A DNA stretch of 64,000 nt, taken from positions 256,001 to 320,000 of the forward strand of contig CAWIGG010000002.1 in assembly GCA_963835575.1 (NCBI GenBank), given 5' to 3'. Numbering within the stretch: position 1 is the first letter of the stretch; the number at the start of each line of letters is the position of its first letter. The notes beneath the pieces were generated by a model. It saw nothing but the letters and a program-made list of their open reading frames with translations. It searched no databases and had not been told where the DNA came from. This document shows, in pieces, positions 9,186 through 18,901 of this stretch. This DNA comes from an uncultured Spirochaetota bacterium (GTDB taxonomy: Bacteria > Spirochaetota > Brevinematia > Brevinematales > JAOACQ01). Position numbers and translations under genes: made by a program.

Positions 9186-9272
9186 TACCTTAGGTCGGAT
9201 AAAAACCATACCTAAGGTACGGTTAAAACCATACCTTATGTTCTGACATATTTTTTTAATATTTTTTATACT
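9186..9272 (+). promoter_or_regulatory. Triple 23-bp-periodic direct repeat plus -10 box upstream of second GH9 gene
   Basis: TACC units at 9186, 9209, 9232; TATACT at 9267-9272. Confidence 0.6.
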
Positions 9273-9475
9273 AACGCTGGCGAATTGTCATTTTTTGATT
9301 GGGATAAATCCCTGATTATATCTCGTTTTTAATTATATATAAATTTAATATAAAAAGGAGGAAATGATGGGAAAAACTTAAAAAAATAACAGGTCTGAAT
9401 AAAAAAGTTTAAAGTGTTAGTAAGAGCTTTATGAAAAGGTTATTACCTTTCATGAAGAAAAGTAAGGAGGAAAAG

Positions 9476-11869
9476 ATGAAGTCAAAAGTAAGAATCGGAT
9501 TAAAACTTCTGGCTGTTGTTTCCATTGTTTTGAGCGTTATTATTTTTGCCGCCTGTGCGCTTCAGAATCTTGACAACTCTAACGGCAGTACAACTGTCCA
9601 GAACAGTACAACACAGACAAGGGCTTTTGCCGGGATGACGGAAGCGCTTACATTCTTTCACGCCAATTATTGCGGCTCAGGCCAGACCGTTTCCTGGAGA
9701 AGCAACTGTCATATGGGCGACAATCCCACCGGCGGTTACCATGACGCCGGCGACCACGTGAAGTTCAATCTTCCCGCGGCTTTCATGGCATCGATGCTCT
9801 GCTGGGCCGATTATGAATACGGCGGATTTTCAGCAGACGCGGAAATTTCAAGGGCCCTCAGCTATCTGAGCGCATGCTGGAACGGCAGCACTTATATCTA
9901 TCAGGTGGGCGACGGCGGTACAGACCATGCCTACTGGGGTTCTCCCGAACTTCAGACCGGTGCAAGGCCGTCATACAGCACGACCCAGGCTTCAGCCGCA
10001 ATGGCGCAGGCCGCCGCTGCTTTCGCGCTGGCCTCTATTACCGGCCATACCGGCGGCAATATCAATACTGCAAAATCCCTTTTTACAGCCGCTGACAACG
10101 CAAAGAGTGATGCCGGGTATGCAGCAGCCGCCAATGGTTATTATACATCAGGCGGATTCTATGATGATCTGATGTGGGCCGCAATATGGATTTATCTTGC
10201 CACAAGCGACACCAACTACCTGAACAAAGCAGAATCTTATTATACTAATTTGAACTCCGATATCATCTGGACACATTGCTGGGATGATTCCCGCTACGGC
10301 GCCATCCTGAAGCTTGCCCAGATTACCGGAAAGAAAGTCTATATCAACCGGGTCGAAACCAACCTTGACTGGTGGCAGAAAGGCACCAGCGGCGGTATTA
10401 CCTATACGCCCGGCGGACTGCCCTATCTGAACAACTGGGGATGCCTGCGCTATGCTTCTGCCGAAGCTTTCCTGGCCAAGATATGGGCCGATTATACATC
10501 ATTGGGCACTGCCAGCAAGAAAGCCGGCTATAAGACTTTTGCCAACAATGTGCTCAATTATATTGAAGGATCCAATCCTCAGAGTGAATGCTACATTATC
10601 GGTGTTGGAAGCAAATACCCTCAGTGTCCTCACCACCGTGCGGCAAATCCGGGCAAGACTTGCCCTTCATTGCATGTGCTCACAGGAGCCATGCCCGGCG
10701 GGCCTGATTCAGGTGATAACTTTGTCGATGATCCGAATCAGTACCAGTATACTGAACCTGCTATCGACTACAACGCATGTCTTGTTGCCGCTCTCGCGGC
10801 CGCAAACGGCACGCTGAAATCCCCTGTTTATCCGACACCCACTCCGCCCCCGGTAAGTGCGGTTGGGACTGGAACTGGATTAACAGGCACATATTATGCT
10901 AATATGAATTTAACTGCTCCTGCTGCTTATTCTGAATTAGACACAAACATTAACTTTAACTGGAATGGCTCTGCACCCGCTACCAATATGCCTGCAACAT
11001 CATGGTCGGCTAAGTGGACCGGTTATATTCAGGCCAGAATGTCGACAACATATACTTTCCATCTTCTGTCTGATGACGGATCTACGCTGACTATTAACAA
11101 CGTTTCAGTCATTTCCGACTGGACAGATCATGCCAATGATGCGCAGTATAAAACTTCTGGAACAATTGCTATGACTGCAGGTACGCTTTATCCAATCACC
11201 GTAACTTACTATCAGGACGGTGGTTCGTCGGCTATTACCTTGAGCTGGGAAAATGGATGGCTGGCTGAAGAAGTTGTTCCGACAACCCAGCTGTATCCTT
11301 CAACGAATGGTACTAGCAGCAGTTCCAGTGTTGCTTCTTCAGTTGCAGCAAGCTCCAGCCGGGCAAGCAGTGTAGCTTCTTCTGTTGCAGTATCCAGTGT
11401 TGCTTCTTCAGTTGCGGTGAGCTCCAGCCGGTCGAGTGTAGCTTCTTCTGTTGCAGTATCCAGTGTTGCATCCTCAGTTGCGGTGAGCTCCAGCCGGTCG
11501 AGCGCCGCTTCAAGCGCGGCGGCTTCCAGCACAGCTGCCTCATCAGGCGGTTACGCTGTGAATTATACTGTTAATAATGACTGGGGTGCGGGCGCAACAT
11601 GCACAGTGACGATTAAGAACAACAGCGCGACAGCCCTCAGCAGCTGGTCTCTTGTCTGGACTTTTGCAGGCAACCAGGCTATAACCCAGATATGGAGCGC
11701 CAGTCAGACTACCAGCGGTGAAACAGTGACTGCCGTGAATTTAAGCTACAACGGTACGATCGGCGCTAACGGCGGTACGCAAGCTTTCGGCTTTAATCTG
11801 AGCTACAGCGGCGCGAACGCCAAGCCGGCCGCATTTACTTTGAACGGAACGGCATGCACACTCTATTAG
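9476..11869 (+). CDS. GH9 endoglucanase lipoprotein with PA14 domain, Ser-rich linker and CBM2
   Basis: Same GH9 motifs as 6278-8116; PA14 GTGLTGTYY...INFNW...WSAKWTGYI...SDDGS; SD AAGGAGG before ATG 9476; lipobox FAAC. Confidence 0.92.
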   Translation: MKSKVRIGLKLLAVVSIVLSVIIFAACALQNLDNSNGSTTVQNSTTQTRAFAGMTEALTFFHANYCGSGQTVSWRSNCHMGDNPTGGYHDAGDHVKFNLPAAFMASMLCWADYEYGGFSADAEISRALSYLSACWNGSTYIYQVGDGGTDHAYWGSPELQTGARPSYSTTQASAAMAQAAAAFALASITGHTGGNINTAKSLFTAADNAKSDAGYAAAANGYYTSGGFYDDLMWAAIWIYLATSDTNYLNKAESYYTNLNSDIIWTHCWDDSRYGAILKLAQITGKKVYINRVETNLDWWQKGTSGGITYTPGGLPYLNNWGCLRYASAEAFLAKIWADYTSLGTASKKAGYKTFANNVLNYIEGSNPQSECYIIGVGSKYPQCPHHRAANPGKTCPSLHVLTGAMPGGPDSGDNFVDDPNQYQYTEPAIDYNACLVAALAAANGTLKSPVYPTPTPPPVSAVGTGTGLTGTYYANMNLTAPAAYSELDTNINFNWNGSAPATNMPATSWSAKWTGYIQARMSTTYTFHLLSDDGSTLTINNVSVISDWTDHANDAQYKTSGTIAMTAGTLYPITVTYYQDGGSSAITLSWENGWLAEEVVPTTQLYPSTNGTSSSSSVASSVAASSSRASSVASSVAVSSVASSVAVSSSRSSVASSVAVSSVASSVAVSSSRSSAASSAAASSTAASSGGYAVNYTVNNDWGAGATCTVTIKNNSATALSSWSLVWTFAGNQAITQIWSASQTTSGETVTAVNLSYNGTIGANGGTQAFGFNLSYSGANAKPAAFTLNGTACTLY
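11320..11540 (+). repeat. Imperfect ~60-bp tandem repeats encoding Ser/Ala/Val linker
   Basis: Repeated SSVASSVAVSSSRSSVASSVAV units. Confidence 0.8.
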
Positions 11870-11936
11870 TAAGAGCAAGTCATAAAGTTTGTTTGAACTG
11901 AGTGTGACATTCAAGGTTTAATTCTGATCTTTAATA

Positions 11937-11971
11937 GAAACAGGGTTGGACATAGTGTCCAACCCTGTTTC
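11937..11971. terminator. Perfect hairpin between convergent genes (probable bidirectional terminator)
   Basis: GAAACAGGGTTGGACA-TAG-TGTCCAACCCTGTTTC. Confidence 0.7.
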
Positions 11972-11988
11972 GTTATAATGAATATTTT

Positions 11989-14900
11989 TTAAAACCGGAT
12001 AGCCGTCACCGAATGTTTGGGTAATATCAGCTTCAGGTATTTAGTACCCTGTTCTGTGATGACCTTTGTATACATTTTGTAGTTTTTATCTTCTGTCCTG
12101 TTAATCAGCATGAGATAATGATAATTATTGTCTTTGGAAGCGTAAATGGAGTAATTATCCGTTTGATTATTGGTAATATCGACAAATTTATCGCCGCAAG
12201 CGTATTTATGGAACATCCTGATATAATACTGGGGCCTGACGGCCATGGTATTATAATCGTTTGTATTAACGGCTATTAATGCCGGTCTGAACAAAGTCCA
12301 TTCCAGAGGGTCCGACAGGCCGAAATACTGCATGGAATCAAACCCGAGCTTTTTGCCGTATTCAAAAACCTCTGCGGTAAATATGGCCGTGGCCAGGCAA
12401 TCCTGCATTATTGCGGTTTCCAGCCTCGTGCTCCCGCCGGTGTTCCATTCTCCGATAATAAGCTTGCTGCCCGGAATATATTGATCGGCTTTCTGTTTCA
12501 TCGTATTATAAAAATTGGAGAGAGAAGTGATTTCACAGCCGTAATTATTCCGGATCACAATATGTTCAATGGAAGGATAAGACGGATCAGAAGGACTTTG
12601 CCCCGAATCGAACCACTTATACCAGTGGACTGAAAGAGCTCCCGGATTATTGCCGTTCAACTGGACAAGCATATCGTCCAGGATGTATTGCGGGTCATTG
12701 GCGCCGGTTTCAATTAAAGCGAATGAGACACCCGGCTTGACGGCCCTTATGGCCCGGCAGTAGTTCGTATATCTAATTATATAATTAGAGAGTACCTGTT
12801 CCCCGGTGTCGCCCTGGAAAAAGTACCAGTTGGAATAAATGTTATTTTCAGGTTCGTTCCCGGCGGAAATATATTTAAGATCATAACCCAGTTCGTTCAC
12901 GATCTGGTCGATCATATTGCTTTCCATGTCAACATTATCATTATAAAGATTGACTTCCGGTTCGGCCTGAATATTCAATTCGCGGCATAAGGCGATATAA
13001 TTGGATACATCTCCCCCCGTCATTTTATACTGGTACGGATCGTACATCCCGAATGAATCATTGTCCGAGGATGGATCGTTCCTGTCGTAGCGGACCCTTT
13101 CCTGGCCGCCGGGGAAGCGGGCAATATCCACTTTGATGTTCCTGATCAGTTCCTTATACTTCGGCAGGGCGAAAAACCTGTGGCTGTCGATCTGTATATT
13201 GACGCCGTAATAAATATCGGAAACCTGTTTCGCCGGGGCGGTATAGTCGATGACATAGTCGGGGGACGGCGAGTAAGTCTCGGATACCACCGTCAATGTG
13301 TTTTTGGAATTGAGGATATTCTGGACGGATGCCGATATCGATCCGACGGTTGATGTATCGACGGCGAGGTTGTTCACCGTAACGGATTCATTAGAAAGGG
13401 AATCCCCTGTTAATATATAGACATTATAATTATTCGGGTTCCCGTTATGAACCAGTTGATCATCAGGTATGTCCGGCAGTGTTGAGTCGGAACCGTTGGT
13501 AGTAACAGGCCCGCCCCATAATTTAGCGATCTCGCTGGAATTAAGGGCGCGGTTATAAAACCGGATATCGTCCAGAATGCCCTTCAAATACTGATTGTAG
13601 ATTCTCCCTATATAGTTGTCAGAGCAGTTCCCCAGATCCGCGGGCGAATGATCGAGTATCCAGTGACTGGAAGCGTCCAGCATTCCATTGATATATAAAG
13701 AGTCTATCTTTGCCTGGGAATCCACGACCAGTACAATATGGTACCACTGGTTCGTTTGCATTACGGTCGAACTGATAACGCTTGAGGCGAGGTTATTATT
13801 ATAACTATACCAGTACTGCAGATGAGCGCCTCCGTCATTCCGGATATGCAGACTGATGTCATTGGTGGAATCCTTTCCGAAATAGAGAAGCCTGTCCCAG
13901 TTCCCGGTATTGGAGACATAGTAATACCAGCAGCTATATGTAAAGGATGCCGTATTTCTCAAGTCAGGAATAGTGATATAATCGCTGACGCCGTTAAGAT
14001 AACAGGCGTTTTTCGGATTATTATTTCTATCATTGGTTAAAACGGTCCCGCTTACGGTAACGGGCTGATTAAATCCGCTTGTATCGGCGATATAGCCATT
14101 AAACAATAGTTCCAGCGTCAGGCTTCCGGTCGGCGCGATGGAAGTCATTGCCTCAATAGTCCCAGTCCAGTACTGTACATCTGAGGCAAGCTGTTGACAG
14201 CATTGAAGGACCAGGCCGTCGGAGCCCCAGCCGGCCGCCAGGAGGGCTGCCCAGCCGGCGGCATCCATATTCATATGCGCTATATAGAGCGTCGATCCGT
14301 CGGGCGAGATATCGCAGACAAAGTTGACGCCTCCGCGGTTGATGCTTGAAGGAAGCTGCCGGACGTTCGTCAGGGTGCCGTCATCCAGTATGTCCGCCGA
14401 ACAGACATATGTCCGGATCATCCGCGGGTCAAACATATCGGATATTCCCGAACCGGCCAGATCATTGGCATTCGGCAGAGGGGGAATAAAAGGCGAAGTC
14501 TGCTTCATGACGGTATTATCCCCGTTAAGGTTCATGCAGTTGAAATAAGCCTTTTTACCGTCCTGGGTCACATACATCCTGCCGACCCACCAGAGTCCGC
14601 CCCGTCCGCTGAAGTCATTTTCGCTGTGCCACTGTCCGTTCAGGTAATGAATGGGATGGAAGGGGTTAATTGTACCCCTTAGTTCTGAGGCCGGTCCGAA
14701 AGCGGAGCCCTGGAGCTTTGACTCATATGTTCTGATCTTGATATAATCCCCTTTAACTGTATTATGCACCCAATAGCAGAGCGTGAAATAGAGCGTTTTT
14801 CTTGCGTCATTGTATGTCGGGCATAATATCCAGGGTGTCTGCATACTATTATAAGGAGCCGAATTGATGATATTGCTGACCTGGGAAAAATCCCAGAGAG

Positions 14901-15345
14901 AACTGGATGTAAAGTAAACATTTGTATCATCCTCACTGGAGTATTTATAGAGTTTAAAGATACCCTGGCTGTATCCGAAGAGCATATAATAATCGCTGTT
15001 GTATTCAAAAGCGCAGGAGTAGCCGGGGGGTGTGGAGTTGGTCCCGTCAAAAAGAAGATTTTTAGCCCCATTCTGCAGGTCTCTGGAAGCTTTGCTTTTT
15101 ATTCCGCTCAAAACGGATATGGAAGCGTATTTGTCCATTCCGATGTTGACGCCCGCCGAATAATTTCCATCCACACGCGTCATGACGGTCTTACTCCCGG
15201 TCTTGCCGGTGATAAAGTTCCAGCTGGTGGTTGTGTCGACAATATTACCATTATTGTTCCGGCTGTTATTGCCGGACGGCATCAGTACACAGCCGGTTAG
15301 TAATATAACAGCTAATACCGGAACAAAAAATATCAGCTTCTTCAT
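11989..15345 (-). CDS. Large lipoprotein: propeller-like N-terminus, LamG/ConA-like domain, C-terminal clan GH-A-like glycoside hydrolase
   Basis: Lipobox LTGC; LamG WYHIVLV...LYING...GILDDIRFYNRAL; RFPGG, AGNEP, LSVHWY, IGEWN. Confidence 0.7.
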   Translation of the reverse strand: MKKLIFFVPVLAVILLTGCVLMPSGNNSRNNNGNIVDTTTSWNFITGKTGSKTVMTRVDGNYSAGVNIGMDKYASISVLSGIKSKASRDLQNGAKNLLFDGTNSTPPGYSCAFEYNSDYYMLFGYSQGIFKLYKYSSEDDTNVYFTSSSLWDFSQVSNIINSAPYNSMQTPWILCPTYNDARKTLYFTLCYWVHNTVKGDYIKIRTYESKLQGSAFGPASELRGTINPFHPIHYLNGQWHSENDFSGRGGLWWVGRMYVTQDGKKAYFNCMNLNGDNTVMKQTSPFIPPLPNANDLAGSGISDMFDPRMIRTYVCSADILDDGTLTNVRQLPSSINRGGVNFVCDISPDGSTLYIAHMNMDAAGWAALLAAGWGSDGLVLQCCQQLASDVQYWTGTIEAMTSIAPTGSLTLELLFNGYIADTSGFNQPVTVSGTVLTNDRNNNPKNACYLNGVSDYITIPDLRNTASFTYSCWYYYVSNTGNWDRLLYFGKDSTNDISLHIRNDGGAHLQYWYSYNNNLASSVISSTVMQTNQWYHIVLVVDSQAKIDSLYINGMLDASSHWILDHSPADLGNCSDNYIGRIYNQYLKGILDDIRFYNRALNSSEIAKLWGGPVTTNGSDSTLPDIPDDQLVHNGNPNNYNVYILTGDSLSNESVTVNNLAVDTSTVGSISASVQNILNSKNTLTVVSETYSPSPDYVIDYTAPAKQVSDIYYGVNIQIDSHRFFALPKYKELIRNIKVDIARFPGGQERVRYDRNDPSSDNDSFGMYDPYQYKMTGGDVSNYIALCRELNIQAEPEVNLYNDNVDMESNMIDQIVNELGYDLKYISAGNEPENNIYSNWYFFQGDTGEQVLSNYIIRYTNYCRAIRAVKPGVSFALIETGANDPQYILDDMLVQLNGNNPGALSVHWYKWFDSGQSPSDPSYPSIEHIVIRNNYGCEITSLSNFYNTMKQKADQYIPGSKLIIGEWNTGGSTRLETAIMQDCLATAIFTAEVFEYGKKLGFDSMQYFGLSDPLEWTLFRPALIAVNTNDYNTMAVRPQYYIRMFHKYACGDKFVDITNNQTDNYSIYASKDNNYHYLMLINRTEDKNYKMYTKVITEQGTKYLKLILPKHSVTAIRF

Positions 15346-15567
15346 TTGAAATCCTCCTGTTAATGCTTCTGTATATAATACGATTCAAATATGTGATTTT
15401 TGAAATAGCTTTGAAAAATATTTTTTATTAATTAAAAACAGGCATAGTGCAGAAATAATATTACTCGTCTTTTTGACAATAATTATGAATTTAAAAGACA
15501 ATAATCATAAATGAGTATAAAGTTTAGAACATAGTTATTGTTTAATGGATAGGAGACAATGGGGCGT

Positions 15568-15916
15568 AACCACTTCCCAGATTAGATCGGGGATCACAGA
15601 ATTCACAGATTATAATCTTGGAAGAATAGATTCGGTTGCAGACAATTTGAAAACTTAATAAAAAACCCTTTCCACATATTTTAAAAATTTATAATTCATC
15701 TCATAGATACAGAGATCGCAGAAATTTATTATAATTAACTATAAATATAAGAATATATTTCGGCTCTTTGCCTCCACTTCGGCAGGCTTGGTCCCCGAGC
15801 CGGGTCGAGGGACAGTGCAGCGCTCAGCACCTTTGCGGTGAATATGCCAGGCATAAAGAATGTTTTTAACTTTTCATATAGCCTTAAAGTTGGATCCATC
15901 TGTGTAATCTGTGGTT
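15568..15916. repeat. Nested REP-like inverted-repeat cluster
   Basis: Outer AACCAC..CACAGAATTCACAGAT / ATCTGTGTAATCTGTGGTT; inner degenerate arms; CTTCGGCAGGCT..CAGTGCA interrupted by TCCCCGAGCCGGGTCGAGGGA. Confidence 0.65.
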
Positions 15917-15922
15917 CCAGTT

Positions 15923-16528
15923 CTATCTGAAATATTCTTTTAAATCGTTGATATCATGATAATGTATGGCATGAAATCCAAGCTTTCGCGCGGCGGTAAT
16001 ATTCCCGATGGTATCATCTATAAAAAGGCATTCTTCCGGTTTACAACCCAGATTTTTGGCGCATAATAAATAAATTTCTTTTTCAGGTTTTATAATCTTG
16101 TGTTCGCTGGAAAAAGTCAGAATATCAAAGATTTTAAAGATGTCCGTATTTTTATTGAGGTAATCCAGGCAGCTTTTGATCATATTGGATAATACGGCGG
16201 TTTTTATACGGTATTTGATTTTAATTTCTTTGATAAATTCCAGTAAATGAGCGTCAATATCCGTCCAGCTTTTAACATCAAGACGGGACAATTGGGCGGC
16301 TGTCTTTTTATTGAATGAAATGGAAAGATTGTCCATAATCATGCGCCAGTATTCAATATCAGATATTACGCCTCTATCCAGATCCGGCCTGAATTTCAGA
16401 TAGACTTCTGTAAAAACTTCAACATCCGATTTCAAAAGGTTTGCCATTTTCCACACAAGTTCATCCGGCTGTTTTTTAGTGATAACGCCGCCGTAGTCAA
16501 ACAGGGCGGCTCTGATTTTTTTATTCAT
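15923..16528 (-). CDS. HAD family phosphatase
   Basis: FDYGGV, LSN, KPEKEIY, FIDDT..N motifs. Confidence 0.9.
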   Translation of the reverse strand: MNKKIRAALFDYGGVITKKQPDELVWKMANLLKSDVEVFTEVYLKFRPDLDRGVISDIEYWRMIMDNLSISFNKKTAAQLSRLDVKSWTDIDAHLLEFIKEIKIKYRIKTAVLSNMIKSCLDYLNKNTDIFKIFDILTFSSEHKIIKPEKEIYLLCAKNLGCKPEECLFIDDTIGNITAARKLGFHAIHYHDINDLKEYFR

Positions 16529-16895
16529 ATTAGTCCTTTTTGGCAGTCCTACCCGGCTTCAAGCCAATAAAGCAATAATGTATTCTTAAATAAGAGCGGG
16601 GTGAAACTGCCCGGTAATATATGGCATAAAGTTCAGGAAACTTTAAATTGTGATAAATATTTTTTTAAATTTTATGGATACAATTATCCTTTTATATGTT
16701 ATAATAAAGGCGTTCAATTCAGTATTATAGACTCAAATAAATGAAAAAATCAAATCAAACTTGAACAGTGATTTTTAAAATCTCAGTTTAAAGTTAACGA
16801 AAACCATATTCAAATTATGGTATCAAGCAGACTTTTACCGGATTGCTTTAATTTTTATTATATAGGTTGTCATGGTCGGGGGAAAAGGAGGCGCA

Positions 16896-18695
16896 ATGGC
16901 CCCGGAAATTTCTCCAGATAAATTTTTAACTCATGAGGCTGAGATCTATCTTCAAATCGGCCGTCTGCTTAAAAAAGAAAGGCCCCAGGAAATCCAGGAC
17001 AAAGTTATGCAGATGCTCAATCTGGACATCAGCCTGGAAGAAATAATAAAGAAAATCAAAGAAATGGATAATATTGAAGGATTAAAAGCCAGGGTGTCCG
17101 GGCCTGCAAATGAAGGCGGCACGGAAACGTTTCAAAGGAAAAAATATATTGTGCAGGCCGCGACAGTTCAAAAAAATATACGCGGAATAAAAGTCCCCCG
17201 GAAAAAACTGAATTTTTTTAAATATCTTTTCACTGAATGGCTGAACATCCGCAGGTTTAGTCTTAAAACTCCCATCATAAGGTCCGGTTTTTTTAAGTTT
17301 AAAATCGATATGAAAAGAGCTCAGTGGGAATCGATACAGAAGGACGCCTCCCTGATCCTGCATTATCTCAGATTTATTCTGGAGAACGGGTGGATGATAC
17401 TGAGTAAGCATGAATACAACCGCCTGGTCCTGCTGAAAAAACTGTGCGATGAAATTTCAGCGTGTAATATGACTTATTTTCATGATGATGAATATGTCCT
17501 GGGAAAAATCGCTCCCGTTGAGATGTATTTTCTGGCCTGCCACTACCGGCAGGATTATTCGAATAAGATTCTGGACTCGCTTATTTTCGTCTTGAAATAC
17601 TTTAAAAGATCCGAGGATAAAATTCACAGTGTTTCTTTTTTTGTAAATAAGCTTCTTTTCCAGACCAGGGATGTTTATTCGCTTTACAACCTTATCCTTG
17701 CGGTCAATATGGTAAATTACAGGAAATATATAGGCCTATATGATCTTATACAGGAATTGCCGGGGGGCGTTATTTCGAATTATGATTTTGACTGCGACGG
17801 CAATACCAGGCCGAAAATCGCCGCCTTCATCAGCGAAAAAGAAATGAGGCTTGAACAGCTGATGGAAGAGAAAAGGGAAATGAATAAAGTCGGGCTGCTT
17901 ATAAAGCAGAACGCGGATCAAAAAACAGAGGGACGGGGTTTTGAGGAATATGATGCGCTGATCCGGTTTTATGAGGCGGAAACAGGCATGGACAAACCGA
18001 AGTTCCTTATCGATAAAGACAATCTGTATCTGTTCGGGGGAAATTTCATCAAGCGCTTTCTCGGTGAATTTGAAATATTTCTGAACGGGAGGTTCAAAAT
18101 TGAAAAGTGGGGCGAGATCCAGCCGTTTACAGTTGAGTTTTTTGCGGGCGATATCGGCAGGATGCAGAGCCTTTTAAAAGCATTTAATGGGAAGAATCTC
18201 GCTTTTTTGCGCTTTAATCATGCCCGTCTGGCTGAAATAAAAAGGAGTCAGAATTTCGGGACAGCTTCCAGTGAGGAAATTGAAATTGTCAGGTTTATTG
18301 ACGAGATTTCAGCATTGATCCTTGAAATAGGGAAAAAAATCGGCCATCTCAGCATTGCCTGCCGGACTGACCCTTTCGGTCCGGACCAGGAAAAAGTATT
18401 TAAACCTATGGACCTTTCCTATTTATCAAAAAGTCCTATAACTATTCCCTTCTGCGATAAGAACATTCTGCTGCCCGGGTTTCTGTATGAAAAGAAGTTT
18501 AGTGAAGCGCTTTTGACTATTACCGCTCTCTGCTACGACGCCGGAAGATTTCTGCAGAATGAAGAGATTGTCTCATACAGGCAGAAAGAATTGAAAATGG
18601 ACGAGGAAATTTTAAAAATCAAGCAGACTCTGGAAAGAGTGGCGGATCCGGTGGTATTTGAGAGGATCAGGAAAGTCTATCGGCTCTGGCAGTAA
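16896..18695 (+). CDS. Hypothetical protein (predicted mostly helical)
   Basis: ~600-codon ORF with SD GGAGG; no recognised motif. Confidence 0.7.
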   Translation: MAPEISPDKFLTHEAEIYLQIGRLLKKERPQEIQDKVMQMLNLDISLEEIIKKIKEMDNIEGLKARVSGPANEGGTETFQRKKYIVQAATVQKNIRGIKVPRKKLNFFKYLFTEWLNIRRFSLKTPIIRSGFFKFKIDMKRAQWESIQKDASLILHYLRFILENGWMILSKHEYNRLVLLKKLCDEISACNMTYFHDDEYVLGKIAPVEMYFLACHYRQDYSNKILDSLIFVLKYFKRSEDKIHSVSFFVNKLLFQTRDVYSLYNLILAVNMVNYRKYIGLYDLIQELPGGVISNYDFDCDGNTRPKIAAFISEKEMRLEQLMEEKREMNKVGLLIKQNADQKTEGRGFEEYDALIRFYEAETGMDKPKFLIDKDNLYLFGGNFIKRFLGEFEIFLNGRFKIEKWGEIQPFTVEFFAGDIGRMQSLLKAFNGKNLAFLRFNHARLAEIKRSQNFGTASSEEIEIVRFIDEISALILEIGKKIGHLSIACRTDPFGPDQEKVFKPMDLSYLSKSPITIPFCDKNILLPGFLYEKKFSEALLTITALCYDAGRFLQNEEIVSYRQKELKMDEEILKIKQTLERVADPVVFERIRKVYRLWQ

Positions 18696-18727
18696 ATGGA
18701 ATAGTTTGATTATATATTGGCATCACC

Positions 18728-18875
18728 AGCCACAGAATGGATTCGACAGGCTCACCACAAGTGACACAGAATATCACGGAATTCTAGTATATTGGTAGTG
18801 TCAGAAACAATATTCTGCATTTTGCTTTTCCTAATGTTGATTTTTTTCAGTGGACTTCTGTGAAATTCTGCGGCT
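18728..18875. repeat. 9-bp-periodic inverted-repeat element with inserted 25-bp module
   Basis: AGCCACAGAA[TGGATTCGACAGGCTCACCACAAGT]GACACAGAATATCACGGAA ... TTCAGTGGACTTCTGTGAAATTCTGCGGCT. Confidence 0.75.
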
Positions 18876-18901
18876 TATTAGTTACTTTTAAAACATCAAT
18901 T

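Noticed and set aside
6102..9250. 23-bp periodic repeats as a mini CRISPR array
   Set aside because: Units are contiguous with no unique spacers, only three per site, and no cas genes are present.
6964..10332. Diversity-generating retroelement (near-identical GH9 repeats next to an RT-like ORF)
   Set aside because: Differences are not adenine-specific (many C/T synonymous changes), both repeats are coding, and the RT remnant belongs to a group II intron and lacks the catalytic core.
11313..11543. Tandem repeats and antisense ORFs in the second GH9 gene
   Set aside because: Explained by the Ser-rich linker; the antisense ORFs are shadows.
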